Source: Octopus sinensis
Lineage: Eukaryota
NCBI RefSeq assembly: GCF_006345805.1
Contig: NC_043007.1
Location: 43,586,001-43,650,000 of the forward strand
DNA length: 64,000 nucleotides
Reading direction: 5' to 3'
Position 1 is the first letter of the stretch, and each line of letters opens with the position of its first letter. This document shows positions 27,781-41,025 of the stretch, one piece after another. A program made the position numbers and the translations under genes. Under the pieces are notes generated by a model that did not search any database, had not been told where the DNA came from, and was given only the letters and a program-made list of their open reading frames with translations.

Positions 27781-30700
27781 ATTTTATGGATGTTTAAGAT
27801 TCTTTTATTAAAGACGATGGTGTCTGAGTTGAGGGAGATTTGGCTGCTATTTATCGTTGTTCGTGTAATTACGTACAGTCCTCCTTCCATCATGTAATTC
27901 TTCTTGTTTAGCTTCTGGTCAAGGTCGATCCAGTAGACCTATGATTGAAGGCCTTCCGTTTACGCCCATCCAAACTTTTACTTTTTTTACTGAGGACTAT
28001 ATTATCCTATCTTTTGTTTTTTTAAGACAGTAGGATATGATACAAGGGAGATTTGACTGCTATGTCGCGAGGGTAAAGTGGCTACGTAGAAGCTTCCTCA
28101 CTTTCATGCAGTGGTTAGACAAGATGATACAACGAAATGGTACCGACTTTTTTCTCAAAAAGTTCAGCTTTTGGCAGACGGATGATTTGATCTCAGTGCT
28201 CTAAATGAATAAAGAAAAGTGCAAAGTTGCGACCAGAATGAAATTGACTGTCAGTCGCAGTAGTTTTATTATTCTTTCGGTCGCAGCTGTTCTTTTTGTT
28301 CTTCCTCACTTTTTCCATGGCTCTCTTAAAATATAAGAATTTAGTTAATGGAAACCAATTATAACGTAATGACGCTTCTTATAATTCTAAAACTCATTGC
28401 TTCCACATAGTAATTATTTGCTGCGAAGTGGACAGCTGAGAGCAGTGTATATTTCCAGAGATAAAGTACAGTATTTTCAATGCAATATCATCAAATCACG
28501 TTCAACTAATAAATAAAAAGACTCACTAAAGACCTACAAACAAATAAAACTCTGCTAATAAACTTTATGCTCTTTTATATATTTCAAAACGTAACTATTG
28601 AAAACATTATTTTTATACAACAAACCGAGGTGAATTACAGAAGCCATGGTAATATCCTCTTAATACACACTCGTGACGGCTTAATTGGGTATATTACCTG
28701 TAAACAGAGTGTCAAATGTTTCTTTCATTGGAACAAGATATTATGAGATGTTTCCTTTCGTTATTACATGAGAAATAAAGTAAGGAATGAAACAAGAATA
28801 AAAAGCGACATTCTGGAACATTTATTACCTGCATTGATTGCTGAATAAATAGAGGTTTCATGAAAATGTAAATCATAAAGTCAAAGGAATAAACATTCTA
28901 CTTTTTTTCCTGTTATGCTTAAAGCACTAAAGCTCGGAAATTACACGATATTTCCGATGGTAAAAACAATGAATTATCGGATAGTTCCAACACAGATTAT
29001 TGAACGAGTCGAACGCAAACAATGGATAACCTTACACGTAACTTATCGTAATTCACTTTTTAATTCAAACATGTTATTCTTATTCAAAGAATTCATTTAC
29101 AAACTTAAGTCTAGTCAGTGTATTGGTCATAAGAATTCCTACATAAATTTCAACAATATAGTATTGTTGTCACATATACATTTATAGATAATACGTTTTA
29201 TTGATAACTAAGCAATATTAATTTCCGTATTTCTTAAAAAGTAGATTATTTTGGGAGATGAGAAAAAGAGATGCCAAATCGAGGAGAAATAACCGGGCGA
29301 CTGATACTAGTTGGATAAATTCGTGCTTTTGAATTATGAACTCACTGGATGTAACACCCACAAGCTAAAAAAGTTGAATTCATACACCAACTGATACGGC
29401 AGCTTCCTGAAACGATACTCAAATTGCTAAGCTCCTGTCCAATCTTGTGATGGTCCTACACTGGAAAAACTTTTTCACTTAAACAATAAACACTACGCAA
29501 AGAGAAGTGTAGTAGTAAACAATGCATCAACATATTACACTCAACTTGAAGAATTAGTATGCATGCCTGTAACTCAGTAAATCCCGGCAACCAAGAGGAC
29601 ATGTTAAACCGGAAGTAGTGCTAAAAAATTGTTTTGTAATGACAGTAGGACTAGAGAGGTTGTATTAACACTCAGAGCTGTCTATGAATTGTTCTTGCTG
29701 CCTACTATTCAGAAGACTGGGACTTACAAACAGGTTGCATTCTCTATGATCACTGAATTCAGTTCAGTCTATTATAATGCATATCCAAACGGGGATTAAA
29801 TATCTTAAATGTGGATTAAATATCTTACAATAGATTAAATATCTCACTCTGTTTGGGTTTTAGAGTTAATCTGTCACTCGGTTTAACACCACGATAGAAT
29901 GGATATTGTCAAAACCAGCCTTGGATTACAATTGATCCCAGGCTGGCTTTAGTGTTATCCACCCTATTGCCATTATTCGGATCAGGTTTCCACCTTGAAG
30001 ATATCTATCCTTCCATCCATCCATCCATCCAGACGGACAGACAGACAGACACACACATATACATCTTACCCAAGTGTGTAACCATGAAAGCAACAACCTA
30101 ATTAGGATAGCTAATGAACTTGAGGAGAAATATGAAATAAGAGGTACTACAGATCTCTCCACAAGGAGCATTGGTAAAATCTGTTTATCAGAACTAAAAT
30201 GTAAATAATGGGCCAGTTCACTGAGAATAGGTACTTGGCATGAAAAATACAAACCATAGAAGGAATTGATCATGTCAAAAGCTTGACATGGAGTACCGAC
30301 AAGTTTATGATATTCCACGTCGAAAGCTACCTCGATGCAGTTCAAGAACATGAGATCATCACTAAGTACTTACAGTAGAAGAGGCATAAAGTATTGACAG
30401 ACAAATGTATGCCGTGCAAAACCAAAATTGAAGACTTCAACCACATTATTGTCGACTATGACATGATGTCTTCCAAACATTATCTTCCCTTGAGGGAACA
30501 GGATAACTAAGAAGAAAGGATCTACAGACGTAGCTAACTCTGTTGACCTATGGGCCAAAAGAATATTGGTGGAACTTAAAAATTTAAACAGCCACCACAT
30601 TAAAACACAACCTGCCAGATATTACTGTATGGGGGCACAAGGTAAAAATATGTTCTATGGTGGAAATCAGCTGCCCTCTGGACACCAATGTAGTTCCAAA

Positions 30701-31184
30701 AATACAAGAGAAAGAGAACATCCATGGACTATTGGTAAGGAGTTTGCAAACCAGTACTCAAATACACTTTCAGCTTCATACCTATTTTTGATAGAGCAAG
30801 AGGATACATAACAACCCGTCTGGAGCAAAGTATGGCTGAACTTGGGGTTCTTGTGGAGAGAACACGAATCCTTAATTCATACACTGTAAATGATCACGAT
30901 ATTTCGAACTATAAAAATATGCAAGGCCTTCCTAAGATTTAAAGGAGGATGAACAAAACAAGACGCTTTTCTTTACAATCCCACTACCAGGCAGGTGGCC
31001 AGTCAAAATTTATTCTAAATTACAAAGACATACAAACAAACACACACATAACTTTTCTAGTTTCCCGCCACTGCGATCTTCTGGCGAAATTGTGATAACT
31101 CGGTATTTGCGGTGTGTGTGAGTACAAATATTTTTCATTGATGTGTGTGTAGTCTTCTGCTTGTGTTTGTTCATTGGTTAACTC

Positions 31185-31215
<31 letters not shown>

Positions 31216-31659
31216 CATACATACATACATACATACTTCATACGTACATACATACACAAACATACACTTATATACCATCATCAACACCTAGTTGTAACGA
31301 TTTCACCTGAAGGTCCTAGTGGCGTGAAACTCTAGTCAGGAGACAAACTCATTTTTTGTAGAAATAAAAAAAATCATATTCTCTACAATATATATTGAGC
31401 ATTCGTCTCTCATTCATTCGACATAAAGCAACGTACACACACACAGACATACACACACATACACACACAAACACACACGCACATGCACACGCGCGCACAC
31501 ATATATATGCATAAATAAATATGTATTATATCTACATAGATCAATATATATCTGTATTGAACTAGGATGCTAATGCAGTATGAACATATCAGTGTGTGTA
31601 TGAATACATACACACGCATATACATCCACACACATAATATAAATACATATAAACACAAA

Positions 31660-32905
31660 TGAGGTACATTCCAGATGTTTTGAGGCATTTCAGGCAGTAA
31701 CAACTGTTCTAGTTTATTGCAATATCTAATATACTGGCCTACCAACTATTTTATCCCAGGCTGATGGACACGGCTGTAAAAGCACATTGAACACATCTTT
31801 CTAAACGTTACTTGTCATTCCTTACTAGTTTTCAGAATGCAGTCAGGATGTGAAGACAGTTTGGAGGTCAGCTATGCAATAAAATTTTGTGTTAAACTGG
31901 GAAAAAACGCTACAGAAACTTATGAAATGCTTCCGACGTTTTATAGATTAACTTGTATGAACCTAGCATCTGTTTTTACCTAGAACAAGAGGTTCAAGGA
32001 CGTCAGAGGAGAATGAGAGACAATGAGAGGAGTAGAAGGAAGAGGGGCGTCAGAACATCAGGGCTGGTTGAGAAAATTCGCAGTTTTCTGAACTAAGACT
32101 GTTGTGTATCTATAAAGACAATAAGTGTACAGTTTGCAGTTAGTGTGGCAACTCTGGACAGAATTATTAGCGAAGATCTGAAAATACGCAAAATTTGTGC
32201 AAGGTTCGTTCCCCGGATACTCAGTGACGAACAGAAAGAAAGACATGTTGGCGACAACAGGAAGGTGGTTGAGCTCATTGACTCCAATCCAAGACTACCT
32301 GAGTCTCTGGTGAACTGTGACGAAAGCTGGATCTTCTGTTATGGAAAGGGAAAGACTGCCCATTGGAAGCATTATAACTTCCCAGAACTAAGAACGCCAG
32401 CCAGGCAAAGCAAGTCCACTGGGAAGCTCATGGTGATACCCTTTTTTCGACAGAAAAGGCATCATTAACAAAGAGTACGATTAACGAAGAGTACTTTCTG
32501 GAAGTAGGGAGGAAGTTCAAGAATAGATTTTGGCACAAAAAGCTAGAGTTCTTCCATTCGGGTTGGTGGTACATCCACTAAGACATTGCACCAGTTTATA
32601 ATTCCATCCTGGTAACAAACTATTTGACAAGGACGAGCATCAAAGCTGTTCCTCAGCCTCCCAAAAGTTTAGACCTTCTTCTCTGTGACTTTTGGTTGTT
32701 CCCCAAGCCGAAGGAGGACCATAGAAACAGTCGTTTTGAAGGAATTGAGAAGATGAAGGAGGCTGTGACAAGGCTTCTGCACACCTACAGAACTTCCATG
32801 GAACCTACACAAAGTGGCAGGAGCACTACAAATGCATTGAAGTGAGAGGATCCTGCTTTGAAGGAGATTAAAGTTTTGTACTTCTTTGAAATTAATAAAT
32901 GTCTG
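31660..32905 (+). mobile_element. Mariner (DD34D-type) transposase pseudogene
   Basis: YAIKFCVKLGKNATETYEML, KICARFVPRILSDEQK, NCDESWIFCY, KLMVIPFF, PQPPKSLDLLLCDFWLFPK; with frameshifts. Confidence 0.85.
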
Positions 32906-32907
32906 CC

Positions 32908-33010
<103 letters not shown>

Positions 33011-33017
33011 ACATACA

Positions 33018-33113
<96 letters not shown>

Positions 33114-33148
33114 CTGAATTTTATAGTGTTAATTATCCATCACGGCTC

Positions 33149-33230
33149 GTCTTACCAATTGGTTTCGACTGGATTATATAATGGAGTATTGGGTAAAAAA
33201 CCAGTTATATAATATACGCTCGTCAGAGAT
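33149..33230 (-). ncRNA. Hammerhead-ribozyme-like motif
   Basis: Minus strand: tct-CTGACGA-g...c-GAAAC-caattg-GTA-aga. Perfect palindrome ACCAATTGGT as stem III, 3 bp stem I, irregular stem II. Confidence 0.5.
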
Positions 33231-34058
33231 AGCTGACGTGGAAGGGGAAACAGCGACCGCGCTCTCTGCCTCTGTCTGTCAGTCTGTCTGCCTGTCTATA
33301 TATATAATGCTTAAATTTAATTTTAATAATATCAAATATTGCTCTTTACTATCTATCAGATGTTATACTTTTTAATTTAGATAAAAAATATTGACCATAC
33401 ATAGGTTAAAACAACATAAATATAAATGGCATATACTATATCATATTATGCAGTACCTTAATATAGGCTTAATAATAATATTGAATATTGAATTGCACTA
33501 ATTAACCAAATAATACAATACATTTTAATTTAGATACTAATATATACATTAAGAATTTAAGCAAAATTAATACAACTAAATAAATATAATTAAATTTACA
33601 AACCTAACATAGGTTAAATATGATATAAATGTAAATGACATACACTGTATTATATTATATAATACTTAAATATCAGTTTAATAATAATATTGAGTATCGA
33701 TCTCTATTAATTAATCGCATAATATAATACATTTTAATTTAGATACAAATACTATAAATCTATAGATAGCACCAATTTTGATGACATAGTAACCGAATAA
33801 ATCTACATACTAAACATAAATATATAACGTAGGCCTACATATGAATAGTAGGTGTCTCATCCCAATATACACCTAAATATGTAAATACATAATACTATAC
33901 TATATAATAACTAGAAATCAATAAATAAATATTAACAATAATATAATTGCTTTAATAACCTTTTAATATACACGCACACTTACGAACTAAAGTGACTTTA
34001 TAAGGAAACATCTATATACGCAGGCACATACATATACTAATATATAAATAATGATATC

Positions 34059-34106
<48 letters not shown>

Positions 34107-34205
34107 AAAGTTAATCCAAACAAGAAAGCACAAAAAAACACAGCAACGCGAGGACGTGGAACAAATATAGTATTATTGGACGCTCAGGAGAGAAGGAAAG
34201 GAGGA

Positions 34206-34242
34206 GGCTTTAACGTTTCGAGCGGAGCTCTTCGTCGGAAAC
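34206..34242 (-). ncRNA. Variant minimal hammerhead-like motif
   Basis: Minus strand: ttt-CCGACGA-a-GAGC-tcc-GCTC-GAAACGTT-aaa. Core has U4C. Confidence 0.35.
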
Positions 34243-34410
34243 ATAGGAGAAGGAAAGATCCAGAGAAGGGAAGACAGAGGAAAAAAAATCGCCAACGAGG
34301 TCACATTATATATGTATATATATACATACATGCACATGCATACACACTCAAACAGTTTTAGTTCTTTGTTTTTATTTAATTTTTATTTTTTATTTCTTAA
34401 TTCTGTTTCT

Positions 34411-34752
34411 TTATTACCTCCACCTTAGCGAAGGCGGAGGTATTGTTTTCAGTTGTGTTTGTTTGTTTGTTCGTGGATTCGGATGAAACTTTCAAGGATG
34501 TTTGGCCTCGTGACTGGCACGAACTGATTAGATTTTGGGATCGATCCGGCACCGAACAAGGATTCTGGATTATTTTTCGTTTTTTTTACTTAATTTTTTA
34601 GAGCGGTCGGGTTAATTTTTAGTATTCTCGTTTGTGAGAGCAGTTGAGTTTATTTCCGATATTCTCATTTTAAAAATCATCTCCGGCTGATCGTTAAGAG
34701 GACGTTGGCGTTGCCTTGGCGGAGGTTTGCACTCTCTGAGTGCTCTTGCTTT
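34411..34752 (+). mobile_element. Non-autonomous Helentron-type element (HINE/DINE-1-like)
   Basis: 5' ttattacctccacc with local hairpin partner aggcggaggt, (GTTT)n, 3' subterminal IR ccttggcggaggt, terminal hairpin gcactc-tct-gagtgc, T-rich flanks. Confidence 0.7.
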
Positions 34753-35113
34753 ATTTTATTATATATATTTTTACTCTTATGTACTTTAATTGATTATTAT
34801 CATTATTATTGAATTTAAATATAATTATAAATATCAATCAATGCGCAAACGAACACACACGCTCACACAAGTAATAAACATGTTAAAATGAGATATCAGT
34901 GTCATTTTCATTTTTGCGTAGTTTAGACGACCATATATCCCCGACACTATATTCAAATCTACTTTTTGCTATGCTTATATATCAGAACTATTATTCCGAT
35001 AGATTTATGAGGGACAAAATAGGTATTCATGCTTGATGACGCTTAGCAATGCAGAAACACATGCCACACGTCATTCCTTCATACCATTGTGCATACATAC
35101 ATAGTACACACAC

Positions 35114-35155
<42 letters not shown>

Positions 35156-35654
35156 CACACGCACACGCATATATATGTGTGTGTGTGTATGTGTATATAT
35201 ATATATGTGTGTGTGAGTATATATATGTATGTATGTATTTGTATATATATATACATACACACACGCACACACATATATATAAGCGCGTATTTACGTGTAT
35301 AAGCAGCTTCAATTTCTTTCCCTTCTGGTATCTTTTTCTTATTGCTCTAAGAATTTTTTGCGTTTCATCACTATATTCCCTATTCTCCAAATCCTTGATC
35401 TAATCTCTTCTTGCTTTTATGTCTACAGTTTCATCTCACAATAGACAAAACATCAATGGGTTTCCGTTTCATCAAAGGAACACTTATATTTTCACCCCTG
35501 ACAGCATTCAGTTTGCGCCATTACTATTTTTGTATGGTTACTGATAGGAAGGATTTCGATTTTCTTGAAATTATTTGCCCTGTTCTTCTTTCAATCGTCC
35601 ATCCATCCTTTCTTCCATTCATTCAATTATCCACCCAGTCTTTCTTCCATCCAT

Positions 35655-35882
35655 CCATTCATTCGTTCATTCATTCATTCATTCATTCATTCATTCATTC
35701 ATTCATTCGTTCATTCATTCATTCATTCATTCATTCATTCATTCAGTGTTTGTTTGCTTGTTTGTTTGTTTCTTTTCTATCATATTTGTCTGTTTCAATC
35801 TTTTTATTTCTATCTTTCACGCAGTTAGTTTTGCCTGCGTTGTTTATTCTTTCTGGACAATTCACCCCCCTCTCTCTCTCTG

Positions 35883-35966
<84 letters not shown>

Positions 35967-35967
35967 C

Positions 35968-36015
<48 letters not shown>

Positions 36016-36044
36016 GTATCTATCTATCTATGTATGTATGTATG

Positions 36045-36121
<77 letters not shown>

Positions 36122-36206
36122 GTCTGTCTATCTGTCTATCCATCCATCTATCTATCCATCCACTGGTCCGTCCACCTGCCTTTTTGTCTATCTATCTATC
36201 TTTGTT

Positions 36207-36274
<68 letters not shown>

Positions 36275-36275
36275 A
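35655..36275. repeat. Compound (ATTC)n / (TATC)n microsatellite
   Basis: Direct reading. Source of the long spurious ORFs 35411-36355 and 35575-36315. Confidence 0.95.
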
Positions 36276-36673
36276 AATACAGCCTTACTACTTTCCGACT
36301 AATGAGCTATATTAACAACGCACAGATGTATAATTCATGTCACGAATTACGGTAACATATATAGGTATATAGGTATATATAGGTATTTTTAGTTTGTATG
36401 AAATATTTGATATTTCTCTATTTCGTACTATTTCATTCACATAGACATTATTGCCATAGCTCCAATTAAATTTCGAATTATTTATCAGACACTTTCAGTA
36501 TAAAACACACCTAGCTTTAGATAAATCGAGATATGCACAGGGACGTTCGTGTATTTATTGTCTGTCCACACACACACACACACACACACACACATCATTT
36601 GACATACTCTTTAGTCTTCATTGTATCGACTGTCTATCGTTAAGAATAAAGTAATGAACTCTATACTACTTAC

Positions 36674-36899
36674 GTCCATGTAGTCTACTTTAGTGTCAAA
36701 CATGACATGTTTTTGACCCAGTTCATACAGCATGGATTCAAGTTTCGCGGGTTGATCCAATCTAGCAATGGCCTTCTCAACTGTCCGCATTACTTGTAAA
36801 CCATGTTCACGCATTCGGTCATTATTACTAAGATCTTCAAGGCTTTGACCTTTGAATGGAATAAATATATCTTGAACATCTGGGTATTTTTCGAATAAC
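36674..36899 (-). CDS. Globin coding exon 2 (B13-G6; heme-binding core)
   Basis: Acceptor ctctttcag|G completes the AGG (Arg) codon. 226 nt: LFEKYPDVQDIFIPF...MREHGLQVM...ELGQKHVMFDTKVDYMD, with Pro C2, Phe CD1, His E7, Val E11 and His F8. Ends GAC|GTAAGT (phase 0, G7.0). Confidence 0.95.
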
Positions 36900-37046
36900 C
36901 TGAAAGAGGGTAAATAAAAGGAAACGAAGGCAAATGTACTATCAAATGATATAAAACAAAAACACACAAACAGACATATAAAAATATGATATATCAATGA
37001 AACTAGTTATCTGTCAAAATGTTAAAGTATTACAAAGATGGAGAAT

Positions 37047-37386
37047 CAGTCCCACTGCGTGGCATCTTGGGCAAGTGTCTTCTGCTTTAGCCCCGGGCCG
37101 ACCAATGCCTTGTGAGTGGATTTGGTAGATGGAAACTGAAAGAAGCCTGTCATATATATGTGTATGTGTGTGTGTTTGTGTGTCTGTGTTTGTCCCCCTA
37201 GCATTGCTTGACAACCGATGCTGGTGTGTTTACGTCCCCGTCACTTAGCGGTTCGGCAAAAGAGACCGATAGAATAAGTACTGGGTTTTCAAAGAATAAG
37301 TTCCGGGGTCGATTTGCTCGACTAAAGGCCGTGCTCCAGCATGGCCGCAGTCAAATGACTGAAACAAGTAAAAGAGTAAAAGAGTA
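37047..37386 (+). mobile_element. SINE family B, 5'-truncated
   Basis: cagtcccactgcgtggcatcttgggcaagtgtct ... gactgaaacaagtaaaagagtaaaagag. Confidence 0.85.
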
Positions 37387-37719
37387 ATCATCAGAATCGA
37401 AAGTCGGCAGAAAGGAAAGCCTTCTTTTATTTGTTTTGATTCTGTGCCCTGAGTCCAAATCTTGCTGAGATCAAATTTCCAGCTTTCGGGGTCAAATAAA
37501 AAGGTATTTATGGCAGTGGATTCACAGAACTTTAAGAACATCGGGCTGGATGCGTTGTTGTCGCCTACGACGAAACTGGAACCAAGCTGCAGCTGTTTCG
37601 CTTTTCCTTTGAGCATTATACTTGTGGAACTAACCGATAGGATAGGGGTATGTAAAATCTCTCAGTTGTTCAGCTTTCTGACATGTACCGATTAGATTTC
37701 TAGGATGTGCCAGTGAGGA

Positions 37720-38760
37720 CGGGGAACAACGGAATCGAATCATCCAGATGACATTTAGATAAAGTGTTTGTTTGACCAGCAGACAGAGATACTGTAGGAT
37801 GTCTATAATTTCATGTGGTTGGTCAGACAGGCCACAAGTTTGTGATCTGCCTAGTCGACTTAGATAGAACTAATTAGAACCTGGCTCCTTGAAGCTGAAC
37901 GCACCGTTCTTGGTGTATAAAGCCTACAGAAACTTAACGTTTAAGTTTAGCAGCACTTGAACACTTGAAGAAGTTGACCGCCAACAACCAGTGGAGGTAT
38001 TTTCTGAAGAGAGCAATTACAGTATATTTTCGCAAAGAGTAGTATTAGGAAAAAGGGATTAGAGTGAGAGTTGATAAATTACAAGAGTTGATTAGGACAA
38101 CTGACATGCCAACATAGATAATGGCTCTTGAACATTTCTTCAATGCGAAACACGAAGCTAATGGTACGAACGAAAGCTATTCGATGGGCCTGGGTGGCAA
38201 AAGCGCGGCATGATAGCATATCCACAATTGGTCTCGGACAGATCGAGAAGGCCACGTGATATCCGATTTTAAACAGATGTGTACGACATTACAGCGGCAC
38301 TTCGCTTAATTGGGCAGGCGGTAGAACGGAGACGGTCCCTGGCTTTAGTATCTATCTCGATGGCTTGTCATAGCTCTTGGCGAAAGATGCGGAGTGTTGC
38401 AAAAAAGCCGATAATAGCAACTGGAATGTAGATGGTGGCAAGTGGTTGTATGTAGAGCAGATCATTTGGTTTGAATGATCTACCCTATGAGCTTTACGGA
38501 TATATACCAGACTTGTTTGCTCACGTTTTGGAAGACATCTACTGCAACTGGCAGGAGAAAAAGAGAACTCTCAGTTCTGTGAGACGGGCTAAGACACTGA
38601 CGTGGAATATGTAATTAATGATTTTTGGCCAATAAATCTTTACCTCAATACTGACCATGGTGAGGGGTTGAGGAAACGTGTATGGGTGCCCTTGGAAAAC
38701 GGTCAAACAAAAGTATTCTATCTACTTTCCTCTGAAAATCAGTCATAAATCATCCTCACA
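37720..38760 (+). mobile_element. Tx1/L1-like LINE ORF2 relic
   Basis: GHKFVIC (SDH-like), LKLNAPFL, and GLNDLPYELYGYIPDLFAHVLEDIYCNWQ (resembles PG.DGLPYEFY). Highly decayed. Confidence 0.5.
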
Positions 38761-38789
38761 TGAGACGAGGTCCATTCTTTTTCAGCTTA

Positions 38790-39440
38790 TGGTGCGCGTT
38801 GACTTTGCGTAGGACGACAGAACGTGGGATCAAAGTCATAACAAATAACAGAGGTGAACAAGAGTCTCCTTGGAAAATACCTCTTTTGATTGTTACCTCG
38901 GCTAAGTGCTGGTTGTTACAGGAAAGATGTGTTTACAACTAGGCATGCTGTTCTTAATCAGTGCACACACGTTCTTAGCTATTCCACACATGTCGGTCGT
39001 TTCCAAAATCCACGAATGCGGCAAGATGTCGTAAGCTTTTTGAAGTCTACCCAGGTCATGCATAAATTTTTTGGTACCGTTTACAGTTCTTCCTTATAAC
39101 CTTGTCTATCATAAGGTGGTCCTTGGTGCCCTTGGATCCTTTTCGGCATCCATTTTGTTCTACTGGCAGGACATTGTTTTCCGCAAGGAACGTATATATT
39201 TTCCCTGCGAGGATACTTTTTAATACTTTCCATAGGGGGTTAAGACAAGCGATTGATCGATAATCGCCAACCGCATTGCCCTTTGACCGATATTTCATTA
39301 ACAATGTTGTTTTCCCCTCTATCATCCACTCCGGAACTGCACCGCACTGTAGGCAATTGTCTAATTGCAACGCAATTCTCTTGTGTTAATCTAAACCACT
39401 TGAGCCAGTAGCCTTGAATTCCGTCTGATGCTGCCGCTTT
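38790..39440 (-). mobile_element. R4/Dong-like RT fragment
   Basis: DGIQGYWLK, VPEWMIEGKT, DYRSIACLN, LPVEQNGCRKGSKGTKDHLMIDK, WVDFKKAYD, IKRGIFQGDSCSPLLF. Confidence 0.85.
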
Positions 39441-39449
39441 CCTGTTTCT

Positions 39450-39782
39450 TATTTCTTTACTACCCATAAGGGGCTACGCACAGAGGGGACAAACAAGGAC
39501 AGACAAACGGATTAAGTCGATTATATTGACCCCAGTGCGTAACTGGTACTTATTTAATCGACCCCGAAAGGATGAAAGACAAAGTCGGCCTCGGCGGAAT
39601 TTGAACTCAGAACGTAACGGCAGACGAAATACCTATTTCTTTACTACCCAAAACGGGCTAAACACAGAGGAGACAAACAAGGACAGACAAACGGATTAAG
39701 TCGATTACATCGGCCCCAGTGCATAACTGGTACTTATTTAATCGACCTTGAAAGGATGAAAGACAAAATCGGACTCGGCTGG
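39450..39782 (-). mobile_element. Head-to-tail pair of SINE family A copies
   Basis: atttctttactaccc..agaggggacaaacaaggacagac..tcggcggaatttgaactcag occurs twice (second copy shorter). Confidence 0.85.
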
Positions 39783-39831
39783 AACTGCGATATGCGATCA
39801 GTGTAGCGCTGCACCTTTAATGTTTTTGCCC

Positions 39832-40010
39832 GTACATATGGTCAGCCACCAAGGGAGATACCTCAACTGGTTAAGGTAATACAACTGACAAGCAAATCTG
39901 TGGCATTGACCAGAAGCAGAATATTTACTGTAGCTCATCTTTTATACCAAGACACAGCATGTACATAACACTTCTAATCAGTTAAGATCAGAAGCCTGAG
40001 AGCTACTGTC
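39832..40010 (-). repeat. Inverted, diverged partial copy of the (AAT)n-tailed 545 bp repeat
   Basis: Reverse complement of the first ~180 bp of the 41026 and 57331 copies. Confidence 0.8.
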
Positions 40011-40075
<65 letters not shown>

Positions 40076-40240
40076 TAATAATAATAGTAATAATAATACA
40101 AATACAAACCAAACACTAAATACAAAACCAAATATATGGCACACTAAGCATAACAACAACATGAACTTCCAACCTGTTGTCTATTGAGGTCTCTGGGTGA
40201 GCTAACTTGTACAAATGTAAAGCAAAAGTCAAACATGGAA

Positions 40241-40329
<89 letters not shown>

Positions 40330-40361
40330 ATAATAATAATAAAATAATAATAATAATAATC

Positions 40362-40825
40362 ATAAAGATGGGCTACAGCAAATATTCTGCTCAATACCAC
40401 AGATTTGCTTGTCAGTTGTTTGACCTTAACCAGTTGAGCATGTCCCTTAGTGGCTGACGATATGTGCATCTCTGATCACGAGCAGAAGTAGTGGGGGAGC
40501 ATCATAGCCATGTGTTGAGAGGGATTCTTTGGGGTTTGAATAATTCACCTCTGGAAACATGGGTGGTTCTTTCAACATCCTTAAACAACCCTTATTCAGG
40601 GACCTTTTGAGCGGGATGGGCTACTCGACCTGAAGAAAATTCTAACTGGGCCCCACCTGCAAGGTCATGCGTTGTTTACCTTGATATGAGATCACCATGT
40701 CGCGCACATATGATTGTGATACATGTGCCTAGTGTACCCTTATCAGACGGGGAGTCATGATGGGTATATGGGCTTCGTATATTTTACCCCAGTGTCACTT
40801 TGATGGCATGAACTGCTCTCTCCTC
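40362..40825 (+). mobile_element. (AAT)n-tailed interspersed repeat, copy 1 (5'-truncated)
   Basis: aaagatgggctacagc...ctgctctctcctc followed by (AAT)n. Confidence 0.85.
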
Positions 40826-40883
<58 letters not shown>

Positions 40884-40922
40884 TAATAATATAATAATAA
40901 TATAATAATAATAATAATAATA

Positions 40923-41017
<95 letters not shown>

Positions 41018-41025
41018 TAATAATA
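40826..41025. repeat. (AAT)n microsatellite
   Basis: Direct reading. Confidence 0.95.

Noticed and set aside
35411-36355. Longest ORF (314 aa)
   Set aside because: Translation of (ATTC)n/(TATC)n microsatellites (HSFI and YLSI repeats); no protein signal.
40455-40495. CTGACGA...GAAG in the AAT-tailed repeat as a hammerhead
   Set aside because: No GAAA, no stem III or NUH site, and no stem I partner.
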